Positions 39,661-50,154 of a DNA stretch of 64,000 bases are shown piece by piece. Origin of the DNA: Candidatus Bathyarchaeota archaeon. Its GTDB lineage: Archaea > Thermoproteota > Bathyarchaeia > 40CM-2-53-6 > RBG-13-38-9. The notes under the pieces are model-generated. The model had not been told where the DNA came from. It saw nothing but the letters and a program-made list of their open reading frames with translations, and did not search any database. Made by a program: the position numbers and the translations under genes. Where the stretch lies: assembly GCA_963807605.1 (NCBI GenBank), contig CAWECG010000004.1, positions 288,001 to 352,000 of the forward strand, read 5' to 3'. Within the stretch, counting starts at the first letter, position 1. The number at the start of each line of letters is the position of its first letter.

Positions 39661-39828
39661 TTCCTTCACCAATTGGTAAGCTAATTTATAATTGAGCTGG
39701 ACTATAAGACTTTAGTGTTGAAAGAGGGCGCCAACGAAGGATTTTGTGTTTGAGGACTCGTTTGAGCCGCGTAACCTTTTCATAGTGGAGATCATTCCAA
39801 TATTTGCAAATCGACCAGTGAATGGGTC

Positions 39829-40383
39829 ATGTTGAACGAGATACGTTGGCACGGAAGAGGCGGACAAGGAGTAGTTACGGCTAGCAGAATGCTTGCACAG
39901 GCCGCGCTTCTGGAAGGGAAGTTTGTACAGGCATTCCCAGAATTCGGCCCAGAGAGGACTGGTGCGCCCATCTTGGGGTTTACGCGAATCAGCGATGAGA
40001 GAATAAGGATTCACAGCCATGTCTACACCCCTAATCTAGTCGTTGTTTTGGATCCTACACTTCTTGAATCTGTTGACGTGACAGCAGGCTTGGTGAAGAG
40101 TGGACAATTGGTAGTCAATTCTGGCAAGACGCCAGACCAAATCAAGTCAGAATTAGAGGCTACCACGGCAAGGGCTTTTACAGTAGATGCGACTAGAATA
40201 TCGCTTGAGATCCTAGGTAGGGCAATAACGAATACTGCAATGCTTGGAGCAGCCATAAGAGCAGTGCCGATGGCTAATTTGGAATCCGTGAGGAAAGCTG
40301 TCAGGGAAAGGTTCACCGGCGAACTCGGAGACAGGAACGTGAAGGCAATTGAACGTGCGTATAATGAGGTGGTCTCTGGTTGA
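39829..40383 (+). CDS. porG: Pyruvate/2-oxoacid:ferredoxin oxidoreductase gamma subunit
   Basis: Motifs EIRWHGRGGQG, FPEFGPERTGAP and NTAMLGA. Confidence 0.92.
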   Translation: MLNEIRWHGRGGQGVVTASRMLAQAALLEGKFVQAFPEFGPERTGAPILGFTRISDERIRIHSHVYTPNLVVVLDPTLLESVDVTAGLVKSGQLVVNSGKTPDQIKSELEATTARAFTVDATRISLEILGRAITNTAMLGAAIRAVPMANLESVRKAVRERFTGELGDRNVKAIERAYNEVVSG

Positions 40384-40655
40384 GTCGAAATTCTAGCTGG
40401 AGAGAGCTGCCGATAGGAGGACATCTCTATGAACCTGGTTCTTCTTTGAAGTATAAGACAGGATCTTGGAGAACCTTCAAACCCATCATCGATGAGAGCA
40501 AATGCACCAAATGCCTGCTTTGCTGGATATACTGCCCTGAGCCCTCTATCGATAGGGCTGGAGAGTGCGTCAAGATAAACTATGACTTCTGTAAAGGATG
40601 CGGGCTCTGCGCGTCAGAGTGCCCCACAAAGGCCATAAAGATGGTGGAGGAGTGA
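40380..40655 (+). CDS. porD: 2-oxoacid:ferredoxin oxidoreductase delta subunit
   Basis: TGSWRTFKP and two CxxCxxCxxxCP motifs. Confidence 0.92.
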   Translation: MSRNSSWRELPIGGHLYEPGSSLKYKTGSWRTFKPIIDESKCTKCLLCWIYCPEPSIDRAGECVKINYDFCKGCGLCASECPTKAIKMVEE

Positions 40656-41835
40656 AAAAACGCAACGACTTGTCGGAGTCACTGGAGATGAAGCGGTAGC
40701 CTACGCCGCAAAACAGAGTTCCGTGGATGTGGTAGCAGCTTATCCCATAACTCCTCAGACTGTGATAGTTGAACAATTTGCCCAGTACGTAGCCAACGGT
40801 GAAGTCAATACAGAGTTCGTCTGCGTTGAATCAGAACACTCAGCCATGTCCGCGTGTATCGGCGCAAGCTTAACTGGAGCTAGAGTCTTCACCGCAACAG
40901 CGAGCCAGGGCTTGGCTCTGATGCATGAAATGCTCTACATAGCCTCTAGCATGAGATGCCCAATAGTCATGGCCGTCGCAAACAGGGCGCTCTCCGCTCC
41001 TATCAATATATACGCTGATCATTCAGATATGATGGGTTCAAGAGACTCAGGTTGGATCCAAGTCTACGCAGAAGACGCTCAAGAAGCCTACGATTGGACA
41101 CTCCAAGCATTCAAGATCGCTGAAAAACAGAACGTGATGCTTCCGATATCGGTTAACCTCGATGGGTTCACAATAACGCATTCCATGGAAGGCATCAAAG
41201 TCCACGAAGATGATAAAGTCAAGAAGTTCCTTCCCCCGAAGGATCTCAATTATCTAATAGATCCTGATAGGCCGATAACGATCGGAGCTGGGAATAATCC
41301 GGAGTACTACTTCGAGTTCAAACGCCAACAAGTAGACGCCTTGGAGAAGGCATTCGACGCAGTTAATGAGACAAATCGTGAGTATAAGAAATTCTCTGAG
41401 AGAAATTATGGCCTCCTTGACACGTACGAGATCACAAATGCGGACACAGCCATACTAGGCATGGGAAGCTGTACAGGAACAGCTGTCGAAGCAGCGAGAA
41501 GCATGAGAAGAAAGGGAAAGAAGGTTGGCGTCATCAAGCTCTGGTTATATCGGCCCTTTCCCGAAAGAGCTGTTCTCAAAGCTATAGAAGGACTAGAATC
41601 CCTCATCATCATAGATAGAGCTTGCAGCTTCGGTGCACCCAACGGGGCATTGTGCAGCGATGTTCTATCAGTAATGCATGATTCTGAACTGAAGCTTAAC
41701 ATATCGAATGTCATATGCGGGCTGGGAGGTCGCGACATAACCCTCCCAATGCTGGAGTCAATATACGGTCACGCCTTAAAACAGCCAAAGAAGAAAACTC
41801 GAAGAGAGGTCCTGTACGCAGGAGTTAGAGAGTAA
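40652..41835 (+). CDS. porA: 2-oxoacid:ferredoxin oxidoreductase alpha subunit (likely GTG start, one A missing in the A-run at 40655-40660)
   Basis: Motifs TGDEAVA, AYPITPQT, VESEHSA, TATASQGL and GLGGRD. Confidence 0.9.
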
Positions 41836-42791
41836 TGGTCCTTCTCAAAGAGCTTCCAGCTGAGGAGCTCTTCCTTCCTGGACACCGACATTGCCCCGGC
41901 TGTGGAGCCTCGATGGCCGCTCGCATGGCACTCAAGGCATCAGGCAAAGAGGTCGTTGTAACAAATGCCACAGGTTGCCTGGAGGTTGCCTCAACAATAT
42001 ATCCTTACACCTCTTGGGCAGTCCCATGGGTCCATACGGCCTTTGAGAACGTTGCAGCCACGGCTAGCGGTATTGAGGCTGCGTTCAAGGCGATGGGGCG
42101 CAGAGGAGGCAGAAGCAAGCTTCCTAATCACATTGCTTTCGCCGGCGATGGAGGGACCTTCGATATAGGCATTCAAGCCTTATCAGGGATGCTTGAAAGA
42201 GGTCATCACATTCTGTACATCTGTTATGACAATGAGGCCTACATGAACACTGGAATACAGCGGTCAGGTGCAACACCGCATTGTGCCGCGACGACTACAT
42301 CACAAGCAGGGACGAGGTTGCCTGGAAAACCAGAATGGAAGAAGGATCTGATTGGAATAAGCATTTCCCACGGTATCGATTATGCAGCGACGGCATCTGT
42401 TGCGTACTGGAATGACTACATTACAAAAGTCAAAAAGGCCCTTGAAACAAAGGGTCCCTCTGTCATACACATCTTGGCGCCTTGCCCCCGCGGTTGGCGG
42501 CATGAGACCGCCGATACTGTGAAGATAGCCAAGCTGGCCACACAGACTCGATACTTTCCAATATACGAGTTCGATAAAGGAGAATACAGACTAAACGTCA
42601 AAGTCCCCAATCCCCTTCCAGTCGAGGAATTCCTAAAGGTTCAAGGCAGATTTCGCCATCTATTCAAGCAAGAGTACTCTGATGAGATTCGATGTATTCA
42701 AGAGTGGGTCAATTCAAACTGGGCCAGAATCTCGGCTTTGTGCGGCGAGGACTACAAGAAGCAAACAAACCAACCGACTCTCGGAGGGTGA
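41835..42791 (+). CDS. porB: 2-oxoacid:ferredoxin oxidoreductase beta subunit
   Basis: GHRHCPGCG, ATGC, the TPP motif GDG...DNEAYMNTGIQRS, and PCPRGW. Confidence 0.93.
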   Translation: MVLLKELPAEELFLPGHRHCPGCGASMAARMALKASGKEVVVTNATGCLEVASTIYPYTSWAVPWVHTAFENVAATASGIEAAFKAMGRRGGRSKLPNHIAFAGDGGTFDIGIQALSGMLERGHHILYICYDNEAYMNTGIQRSGATPHCAATTTSQAGTRLPGKPEWKKDLIGISISHGIDYAATASVAYWNDYITKVKKALETKGPSVIHILAPCPRGWRHETADTVKIAKLATQTRYFPIYEFDKGEYRLNVKVPNPLPVEEFLKVQGRFRHLFKQEYSDEIRCIQEWVNSNWARISALCGEDYKKQTNQPTLGG

Positions 42792-42801
42792 AGACGTAAC
42801 G

Positions 42802-43344
42802 TTGAGTCCACGGCAGGTATTCTCCGCTTTTCTACTAATCGTGATAATCATCGTTATCCTGTATCCGACGACAGCCACCGGTACGGTTAGAGTTAACGCA
42901 TACTACCAACAGGCAGTTATACAGACAGAAAACCCAAAAGGTCTTCTGGTAATCAATGGCGTGACCAATCTCTATGTTTCATTCGCTGAGATACGCATTC
43001 ACAGCGCCAACGAAGGAAATGATACTGGTTGGCTCCCTATCACTTATCGGACTACCAGCTTGGACCTTGCAGGCTTCGCAGACAGATCTGGCACGATCTT
43101 TGTGTCTCCCACCATTCCTGTGGGGGAATATGACAATATAATGTTGACCTTCTCAAACACAACGGCGGTAGCTAATGGCACAACTATTACGGTAGAGACC
43201 GTTCCAAAAACCATAGTGTCAAAGTACCCCTTCACTGTAAAGGCGGGTTCTACAGTCGATCTAAAGCTAAAGTTCACAGCGGACTACAGAGCCCTCAACT
43301 CCACCCGGCGTGTGTTCTTCCAAGTCGATCCAATGATCGACTAG
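42802..43344 (+). CDS. Membrane-anchored DUF4382-like beta-domain protein
   Basis: N-terminal TM, then VTNLYVSFAEIRIH, GW, LDL and IPVGEY. Confidence 0.6.
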   Translation: MSPRQVFSAFLLIVIIIVILYPTTATGTVRVNAYYQQAVIQTENPKGLLVINGVTNLYVSFAEIRIHSANEGNDTGWLPITYRTTSLDLAGFADRSGTIFVSPTIPVGEYDNIMLTFSNTTAVANGTTITVETVPKTIVSKYPFTVKAGSTVDLKLKFTADYRALNSTRRVFFQVDPMID

Positions 43345-43399
43345 AAATACGCGTAGGTTGTCTAACAATCCCTAAGTGACAAATTAGGAGCAGAAACGG

Positions 43400-43927
43400 A
43401 TGTGTGTGCTTGGAAAAGATAGAGTCCTAGAGATGATTGAGAAGTTCCAGCTGATATACCCGTTTGACCATAATCTCCTTGACGGTGACGGCTACATTCT
43501 GACAGTCAAGGATGAGACCATCCTCCATTACCTAGAACACAAGAATCTAATTTCGCACGAAATTGTCTTCACACCCCCCGACATTGTCGCCCACTTAACG
43601 GCGAAAAGTCGCTATGGCAGGTTAGGTCTATCCTTCCTAAACGCAGCTAAAGTCCACAGTGGATTCATTGGAAGACTAGCGCTTGAACTTGTAAACCTGA
43701 GCAACGACAGACAGCCAATAACCATAAAGAGAGACGATCCTCTAATGCATATGGAATTCATTACACGCGAAGGAAAGCCATCCCCATACGTGGGACCCTA
43801 TCAATTTCAATACATGACTAGCGAAGAAGTCGACATCTACAGGACCATCATCACAAAAGAGTTTCCAAATCTCTTCGAACCAGAACTTCTCAACCGAATG
43901 ATACGTGTACGTGTCGGACTTGATTAG
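43400..43927 (+). CDS. dcd: dCTP deaminase family protein
   Basis: AKSRYGRLGL and VHSGFIGRLALELVN. Confidence 0.8.
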   Translation: MCVLGKDRVLEMIEKFQLIYPFDHNLLDGDGYILTVKDETILHYLEHKNLISHEIVFTPPDIVAHLTAKSRYGRLGLSFLNAAKVHSGFIGRLALELVNLSNDRQPITIKRDDPLMHMEFITREGKPSPYVGPYQFQYMTSEEVDIYRTIITKEFPNLFEPELLNRMIRVRVGLD

Positions 43928-44091
43928 GGCAAGTGGGAAGCCTGAATCCCTGCTCACAATACCGTTGTCAGTAACAAGACGTGGGCGCGCGCGGTACGCA
44001 GTTGTTTCAAATTAATGCATGCACAGTTAACATTCAAGACTGCAAGTTCATGTCCAGTAGTGGATAATCGGCGGCCACTTTAGGGCGCTAC

Positions 44092-44988
44092 TCATTTTCT
44101 GAAAGATCTCATTATCCTTCGTTCATAGTAATACGCTACTACAGTAAGACCAAGGAACCCTGAGAATGCAACTAGCATCATCACCTCCCAGGTTCCAGTT
44201 GATCTCTCAACAACAATAGTATCGCCGAAGGCCGCACCGCGACCTTCGGTTGAGACTCTGGCATAGGTATTTGAGAAGGCGTATAACGACTTTGAAACGT
44301 TCCCAGTCTCGATCTGGATTCTTAGGTCGAGTGTTTTCTCGCTTGGTCTTTCCCATAATGTCCTCTTAGAATTAATATCAAAGGACTTCGCCCACGAACT
44401 GACATTCTCGACAATAGAATGAAAATCAAACGTGGAGAAGTTCCCGGCTGTGCTCACGGCAATTTGGGGGATTATCGGTGTGAAAACTGGCGAGAAGAAT
44501 TGAACTCCAGTCTTATTATATAAACTCTGAACGACGGGCTGAAGATACTTTGACCCAACAAGATTGAAGGTAAGATTGCCTGCCTTTAGATCTGAACTAA
44601 CTCTGTACGGCAACCAGCTCAGATCAGTCCACATTGCGTCCCTTTCGACCTTGGAGGCTCCATCGACGGTGAATTGTGCACTGACATTAAGCCAGCCAGC
44701 ATCAGACGATACTGCTATAGAGAGGGAGGAGATGTCTAACGTGGGATTTTTCAATCTTAAGGCTTCTTGAAACGCGAGTTTAGCTTCATTGAGATCTGAA
44801 CCAGACAGGATAATTTTTCCCTCCGGCAACTTCGTCATATTCTGGAAGAGACTCGAATCAATAGTAACGGCGAGACCGTGTTCTCTCACCTCTACCTCGA
44901 TACCGGCCGCTCTGACTTGCCCTAGAGCGTGTGAAGAGACAAACGCTAGAAGCAGGCACAAAAGAAAAGTCGTTTTCGACGTTTTCAA
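44092..44988 (-). CDS. Secreted, C-terminally anchored hypothetical protein
   Basis: Signal peptide, sequons, C-terminal TM with basic tail. Confidence 0.7.
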   Translation of the reverse strand: MKTSKTTFLLCLLLAFVSSHALGQVRAAGIEVEVREHGLAVTIDSSLFQNMTKLPEGKIILSGSDLNEAKLAFQEALRLKNPTLDISSLSIAVSSDAGWLNVSAQFTVDGASKVERDAMWTDLSWLPYRVSSDLKAGNLTFNLVGSKYLQPVVQSLYNKTGVQFFSPVFTPIIPQIAVSTAGNFSTFDFHSIVENVSSWAKSFDINSKRTLWERPSEKTLDLRIQIETGNVSKSLYAFSNTYARVSTEGRGAAFGDTIVVERSTGTWEVMMLVAFSGFLGLTVVAYYYERRIMRSFRK

Positions 44989-45029
44989 TCTGGAGCTCCC
45001 CTAACAAACAGTCATCTCTTTGAGGTCTG

Positions 45030-45353
45030 TCAGCGGACCCTCGTTCCCGGCGGGACGTCTTCCGGAACAGTTAACCACACCGGTTTGCTTTTGTCGTCAG
45101 CTGCCAAAAGCATACCTCGAGACTCAATCCCCGAGATAACCTTTGGGACAAGATTAACAAGGATCGCGAAATTCTTGCCAACAAAGTAGTCTGCCTCATA
45201 GTATGTTCCTCCACCGGCCACCACTTGAGTCTCTGAAGAACCCAAGTTAACCTTCAATTTGAAGAGGTTGACTTTACCTTGAATTCTCTCAACGTCAAGT
45301 ACTTTACATATTCTGATGTCCAGCTTTTCGAACTCGCTAAGAGTCACTGACAT
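45030..45353 (-). CDS. Stand-alone tRNA-binding OB-fold protein (Trbp111/CsaA-like)
   Basis: FEKLDIRI, QVVAG and VNLVPK.I.G.ESRGMLLAA. Confidence 0.88.
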   Translation of the reverse strand: MSVTLSEFEKLDIRICKVLDVERIQGKVNLFKLKVNLGSSETQVVAGGGTYYEADYFVGKNFAILVNLVPKVISGIESRGMLLAADDKSKPVWLTVPEDVPPGTRVR

Positions 45354-45399
45354 TCGTGGTCCCCTGTTCTCCCAACCTCTGAGACAATCAGAAATAAAG

Positions 45400-46482
45400 C
45401 TATTTTGAAAGGTAGGAAAAGACGCGAATGATCCCATACGAGGCCAGAAGCAGTATTGCAGGAACGGCCGGGGTTAGGTAGAAGATGAACTGAGTCTTCC
45501 TTGGAAGGATGAAAAAGAGGCCGTAGACGAAGGTGAACCAAAAGAATGGAAGACATTGCGATTGGCAAGTCCTCTTCCTAAACGCATCGAATGCAAGGTA
45601 AACCGCAGCAGGCAAGGACATCGGATAGATGAACGGATTTGCGGAAGCTGAGATATTCCGTCCAGCACTTGAATAGATGAGGAAAGGAACAACGTTGAAG
45701 AGCCAGCCCAAAGGTGAAGATGCAAATGGATGCGGCGATTGCAAAGTCAAGTGCCAATTCAATGAAAACAGAAAACTTGTGATGAACGAGCTCCCTTCGG
45801 GGATCACGACCGGTAACAGAGATAGAATAAACGTCATTGCAATTATTGGCATCATCCTCAAGATCTTTACCGCCTTCCCACTGCAAACGAGATATGCCAC
45901 CACTCCAGCCACCGCAAAAGCACCTGGCAACTTCACCCCGCAAGCAAGGCCGAGACATATGCCTGTGAGATCATAATGGCGGTAGCTGAGTGCGAGAAAG
46001 GCCAGTGTCACAAAGAGCGCAAGGAAAATGTCAAGCATAGCTATTCTCGACATAACCTGTTGTAATGGATCAAAAAGTAGCAGAGTAGCCGTGAGTAGGC
46101 CCGTTAGATCGTTGAACACCTTCCGCCCAATCAAGTAGGAGACGGGGACAATTATGCTGCCCGATAGAACGCTATCAATTCTCCACCCGAATGAATTGTA
46201 GCCGAAAAGAGCTATTCCTATTGCTATCAAAACCTTTCCGAGCGGCGGATGAACAAAGTTAGGATCACCGTGAAGATGTAGCAGAGAGTTGGCGGCAGGC
46301 GCGTAGTAGACCTCATCGACCATCAGGATTGTTGGAGAGGAGAAACCCATCGAACGGACTATTAGGGCACAGATGAAAAAAGCGATGCAGATTAGGATCT
46401 GACCGTGCTGGTTGATAATATGCCTACTTGGACGTGGTAACCTAATGCCCAGGCGATCCATGTGAACGCCAGCACTGAACAT
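45400..46482 (-). CDS. Dolichyl-phosphate-mannose-protein mannosyltransferase-like GT-C glycosyltransferase
   Basis: Motifs DEVYY, HPPLGK, FGWR, SRIAMLD and HPFASSP; multiple TMs. Confidence 0.85.
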   Translation of the reverse strand: MFSAGVHMDRLGIRLPRPSRHIINQHGQILICIAFFICALIVRSMGFSSPTILMVDEVYYAPAANSLLHLHGDPNFVHPPLGKVLIAIGIALFGYNSFGWRIDSVLSGSIIVPVSYLIGRKVFNDLTGLLTATLLLFDPLQQVMSRIAMLDIFLALFVTLAFLALSYRHYDLTGICLGLACGVKLPGAFAVAGVVAYLVCSGKAVKILRMMPIIAMTFILSLLPVVIPEGSSFITSFLFSLNWHLTLQSPHPFASSPLGWLFNVVPFLIYSSAGRNISASANPFIYPMSLPAAVYLAFDAFRKRTCQSQCLPFFWFTFVYGLFFILPRKTQFIFYLTPAVPAILLLASYGIIRVFSYLSK

Positions 46483-46774
46483 AGGCTCCTCCTCCGACAG
46501 GATCCATCATAACGATTTCCTCACCATCAACGATCATCTTCTCAAGAGCTCCTGCGGTCGAAGGAATTACCTTTCCATCGACGGTGAGCAGGAACGGTAG
46601 TACCTCGCTAGATCTTACATCCCATACAAGCGCTCGAAACTCACTCCCTAACTCTTGAGAGGCTGACTGAAGCGCATCACGGACTGTGCTTCCGGGGCCA
46701 AGTTCTAGCGCTAACTGAGGCCTCCCCGCAGCCTGCCGAAAGAGCGTGTAAAATTTCAAGATGACTTTTGGCAT
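46442..46774 (-). CDS. MoaD/SAMP ubiquitin-like protein with a 14-aa extension after GGG
   Basis: Beta-grasp pattern (KFY..FRQAAG, TVRDAL, DGEEI); DPVGGG is followed by AYVQCWRSHGSPGH. Confidence 0.82.
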   Translation of the reverse strand: MPKVILKFYTLFRQAAGRPQLALELGPGSTVRDALQSASQELGSEFRALVWDVRSSEVLPFLLTVDGKVIPSTAGALEKMIVDGEEIVMMDPVGGGAYVQCWRSHGSPGH

Positions 46775-46826
46775 ATCATCAGCGAAGCTCAAAGTAAATA
46801 AGATGAGGGGAAACCCTCAGCCTTCA

Positions 46827-48692
46827 TCAGTAAAGATCTTTGGCCTGCTGGGTGAGGGACAATCTTTGAAGCGTCTGCTGTGTCGGAATTCCTGTCTTCT
46901 TATCCCATCCTCTCAGGTCGTAGTACTTGTCCTTCAACATCTCCAGCTCTTCTGAGGGCATATACATTCCTTTGGATGGGCCATCCGGTATTGGTTCAGT
47001 CATGTATCTTATTGCTTGGACGTCGTGCTCTCTGCGGTGACCTTCGCGGCAGTTGAATGCCCTCTCGAGGTTCCATATTCTGTCTGGGATATCTATCAGT
47101 TCAGGCAACTTCAGGTTCATGCCGGTGACGACGTTGATTATGTTGAGGTGTTCATTGGTAACTTCCATCAAGCCGTAGATGCCCTCGGTCATCCGGCAGA
47201 CACACATCGAGTCTTGGAGGGTGGTAATTCTCTGCGTCCCTACCGCATATTCGGGCTTTCCCTCAAGTACTTTCCTGTCTGATTTCCCTATACGTTCACC
47301 TGTAGGCCGTGAATCTTGATGAGTGCCTCCTCTGGTGGAAGTTGCCATTCCTAGGCAGAAGCCTTTCATGCCTCTCGGCGAGTGGCCCGCATTCTCAAGG
47401 TCCTTTATCGTTATTGCATATTTTTCAGAACCTTTGCCAATCTTTCTGGCAGCTCTTGAGGCTCCTTCCGCGAGCAGATCTCCCACTCCCTCGCGTTTGC
47501 CTATCTTCTCAAGGAGCTGGAGGAGCGCTGCCTCGTTGCCGAAATGGAGATCCAGACCGTCAACCTCCTCCTTTGAGAGTATTCCTTTCTCGTAACACTC
47601 CATAGCAAAAGAGATTACAACGCCTGCGGATATCGTGTCCACTCCTAATTCATCGGACATTCTATCGGCTTTGGCAATCATTTCCAATGAGGCTACTCCG
47701 CAGTTTGAGCCGAACGCGTAGATAGTCTCATATTCGGGTCCCTCGTCGAGCGTCCCGGCATAGGGACCTGTCTTAACGTACGTAAGCTTTGTACAGTTTA
47801 TCGGGCAGCACATGCAGCCCTTGTCCTTTACCACTAACCGTGACCGCATAACCTCTCCGCTTATCTTCTCAGTGTCTTCGAATACTTCAGTTTGCCAATT
47901 TCTTGTTCCAAGTATCCCTAGCTGGTTGTTTGTAGTAGTGACTCCCGGCGTCCCAATTGTGGGAAGCGCCTTTCCTGTTCCGGGGTTTGCTTTTATCCGG
48001 GTGTACTGATCACTGATGACCTTTCGAAACTCCTCAATGTTTGGAACTTCTATGTCCTTTGTGCCGCGAATGGCTACAGCCTTAAGCTTCTTGGAGCCAA
48101 GGACAGCCCCATTGCCCCCTCTTCCTGCTGCACGGGCACCCCATATTGTGCACGCAAAACGAACCAACTTCTCCCCCGCAGGGCCGATACACGCAATTTG
48201 GACTTTCGGTTCTGCCAAATCCTTCTTGAGTATTTCTTGAGTTTCGAAGGTCCACTTCCCCCAAATATGGGATGCGTCCTTGAACTCGACAGTGTCATCG
48301 AAAACTGTGACGTAGGTGGGTGTTCTGGCCTGTCCCTCAACTATTATTGCGTCCCAACCTGCATACTTCATCTCGGGCCCGAAGGATCCGCCGCCATAAG
48401 AATCGAAGAAATAGCCTGTGGCCGGCGACTTTGTGAACACGCCGGACCTGCCAGCGGTTGGAACCATTGCACCCTGAATGGGTCCCGCAGCGAAGATGAA
48501 TTTGTTCTCTGGACCCAGAGGGTCTATTCCTGGTTTGACCTCGTCGTATAGAATCTTTGCCCCGAATCCATTGCCACCGAGAAACAGTCTCGCCATTTCT
48601 TTGGTAAGTGGAACGCTCGAATACTTCCTATTCGTCATATCCAGACGCAAAAATTTTCCCGCATATCCACCGTAGGTCCACATAATATTCAA
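46827..48692 (-). CDS. aor: Aldehyde:ferredoxin oxidoreductase (tungstopterin AOR family)
   Basis: Motifs FLGGNG, KSPATG, IGPAGE, AAGRGGNGAVLGSKKLKA, CMCCPINC, GPEYET and DELGVDTIS. Confidence 0.93.
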   Translation of the reverse strand: MNIMWTYGGYAGKFLRLDMTNRKYSSVPLTKEMARLFLGGNGFGAKILYDEVKPGIDPLGPENKFIFAAGPIQGAMVPTAGRSGVFTKSPATGYFFDSYGGGSFGPEMKYAGWDAIIVEGQARTPTYVTVFDDTVEFKDASHIWGKWTFETQEILKKDLAEPKVQIACIGPAGEKLVRFACTIWGARAAGRGGNGAVLGSKKLKAVAIRGTKDIEVPNIEEFRKVISDQYTRIKANPGTGKALPTIGTPGVTTTNNQLGILGTRNWQTEVFEDTEKISGEVMRSRLVVKDKGCMCCPINCTKLTYVKTGPYAGTLDEGPEYETIYAFGSNCGVASLEMIAKADRMSDELGVDTISAGVVISFAMECYEKGILSKEEVDGLDLHFGNEAALLQLLEKIGKREGVGDLLAEGASRAARKIGKGSEKYAITIKDLENAGHSPRGMKGFCLGMATSTRGGTHQDSRPTGERIGKSDRKVLEGKPEYAVGTQRITTLQDSMCVCRMTEGIYGLMEVTNEHLNIINVVTGMNLKLPELIDIPDRIWNLERAFNCREGHRREHDVQAIRYMTEPIPDGPSKGMYMPSEELEMLKDKYYDLRGWDKKTGIPTQQTLQRLSLTQQAKDLY

Positions 48693-48979
48693 CCTCCTCC
48701 AACAGGTTCTAATAGCGATATTACGTCTCCATCACTCAACTTGTGTTTCAAATCTCCTCTAACTGTACTTATCTCCTCTCGACCCACCATTATTAGGAAA
48801 GGCGCTAACATCCCTGTTGTTGGATCTCTAATTCGGTCTTCAAAGTCGGGACCAAATCTCTCTCCGAGTTCTCTAAGCAAGTCTTCCACCGTGTCTCCCT
48901 CTTTGATCTCCATATCCATTTCATTAGTTCCAGCTGCTTGTCGAAGATGAGCGAAGAATTTCACTTTGACCTTTCCCAA
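48689..48979 (-). CDS. MoaD/SAMP ubiquitin-like sulfur carrier
   Basis: Beta-grasp pattern ending EPVGGG-stop. Confidence 0.9.
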   Translation of the reverse strand: MGKVKVKFFAHLRQAAGTNEMDMEIKEGDTVEDLLRELGERFGPDFEDRIRDPTTGMLAPFLIMVGREEISTVRGDLKHKLSDGDVISLLEPVGGG

Positions 48980-48996
48980 AGCTTGAGCCTCGGATA

Positions 48997-49488
48997 CTAC
49001 TTCACGAACTTCTCCTTTGTCTTCGCGATCTGAGCTGCCCCGAAGTCGCTTCTTCTCTCAGAAGCCAGATTTGTTTTTCCGCCAGCGAGCAGTGCGTGTG
49101 GCGAACAGTACTTTACGCATTCGGGGTCGCCATTACAAGTGTCACATACTAGAGGAAGCTTTTTGACTGGATGCCAGTCTATGGCTGCGAACGGGCAGGC
49201 CTCGATGCATCTGCCGCACCTTATGCATACATCTTCGAGTATTTTCATACCTCCGCCCACGTTCTCATCTCTGTAGATGGACTTGGGCGTTGTAGGACAC
49301 GCCTCAGCACAAGGGGGCTTGCCACATGATCGGCAGGAGTTGGGATAGTAGAGTTCAGGCATTCCTTGGAACTGAATCCAGATCCTCGATTTGTCTGGAT
49401 TGAAAGCTCCATCATGTACCATTGGGCATGCTAATTCACACATTCTACATCCAGTGCACCTTTCTGATAAGAGCAGTAGCATAGTCAC
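48997..49488 (-). CDS. Polyferredoxin (four [4Fe-4S]) AOR electron-transfer subunit
   Basis: CTGCRMCELAC, CRSC..PPC...CP, CIRCGRC...CP and CDTC...PEC...C. Confidence 0.9.
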   Translation of the reverse strand: MTMLLLLSERCTGCRMCELACPMVHDGAFNPDKSRIWIQFQGMPELYYPNSCRSCGKPPCAEACPTTPKSIYRDENVGGGMKILEDVCIRCGRCIEACPFAAIDWHPVKKLPLVCDTCNGDPECVKYCSPHALLAGGKTNLASERRSDFGAAQIAKTKEKFVK

Positions 49489-49516
49489 TTTGGTGCACCA
49501 CTTGGAATCTTCAGGT

Positions 49517-50149
49517 CTAAGGCTTTTCCAGAAAACCTTCTAGGAGTTTCTCCGCCCTCAGAGTGTTGAAGACACCGCATACACACGGCTTTGCCAGCTC
49601 ACGTGCAGCATCTTCGATACATGTTTTGTCTCGCTTTATGTCGCTGACGAGCTTTCTTACTAGCAAAGGTGAGACGCAGTGGTGGCCGCACATCGTTGTT
49701 ATGTCGAGAATGCGCTGTTCCGGAAGAAGTTCCTTTTTGCCATAGATGCCAAGTGAGATGTTCAGTGAATGGGGTTTCAATCCAATCTTCTTGAGTGAGT
49801 CCCAAACTTCTGTGAATACACCTGATACTACGACGGACATACCAAGGTCCGCGTCGCGTAGCTCTTTCAAGCACTCCTCGAGATCCTTCCTGTTGGTAAA
49901 CACGCCATGGGCTATCGAGTTTTCTCTTGTGCTATTTAGCACAGACTTCAAGCCTTTTCTGAAGTAGTTCCCTGTCTTCATGTCTCCGAAGTTCACGGGG
50001 TTGTGTTTTAGAATTATTTCGAGGGCTTTCTTAAACTTGGGTGCCGTACCTTTTGCGTTTACGCTTTGAGCTGCTATAACAAGAATCGGATAGTCCATTG
50101 AAAGTGAGTCAACTGTTCCTGATCTGTGTAACATATGAGTCATTTTCAT
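49517..50149 (-). CDS. Uncharacterised Cys/His-motif protein
   Basis: Motifs MTHMLHRSG, TMCGHHCVS and CVCGVFN; GAGGTGA RBS upstream. Confidence 0.75.
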   Translation of the reverse strand: MKMTHMLHRSGTVDSLSMDYPILVIAAQSVNAKGTAPKFKKALEIILKHNPVNFGDMKTGNYFRKGLKSVLNSTRENSIAHGVFTNRKDLEECLKELRDADLGMSVVVSGVFTEVWDSLKKIGLKPHSLNISLGIYGKKELLPEQRILDITTMCGHHCVSPLLVRKLVSDIKRDKTCIEDAARELAKPCVCGVFNTLRAEKLLEGFLEKP

Positions 50150-50154
50150 TCACC

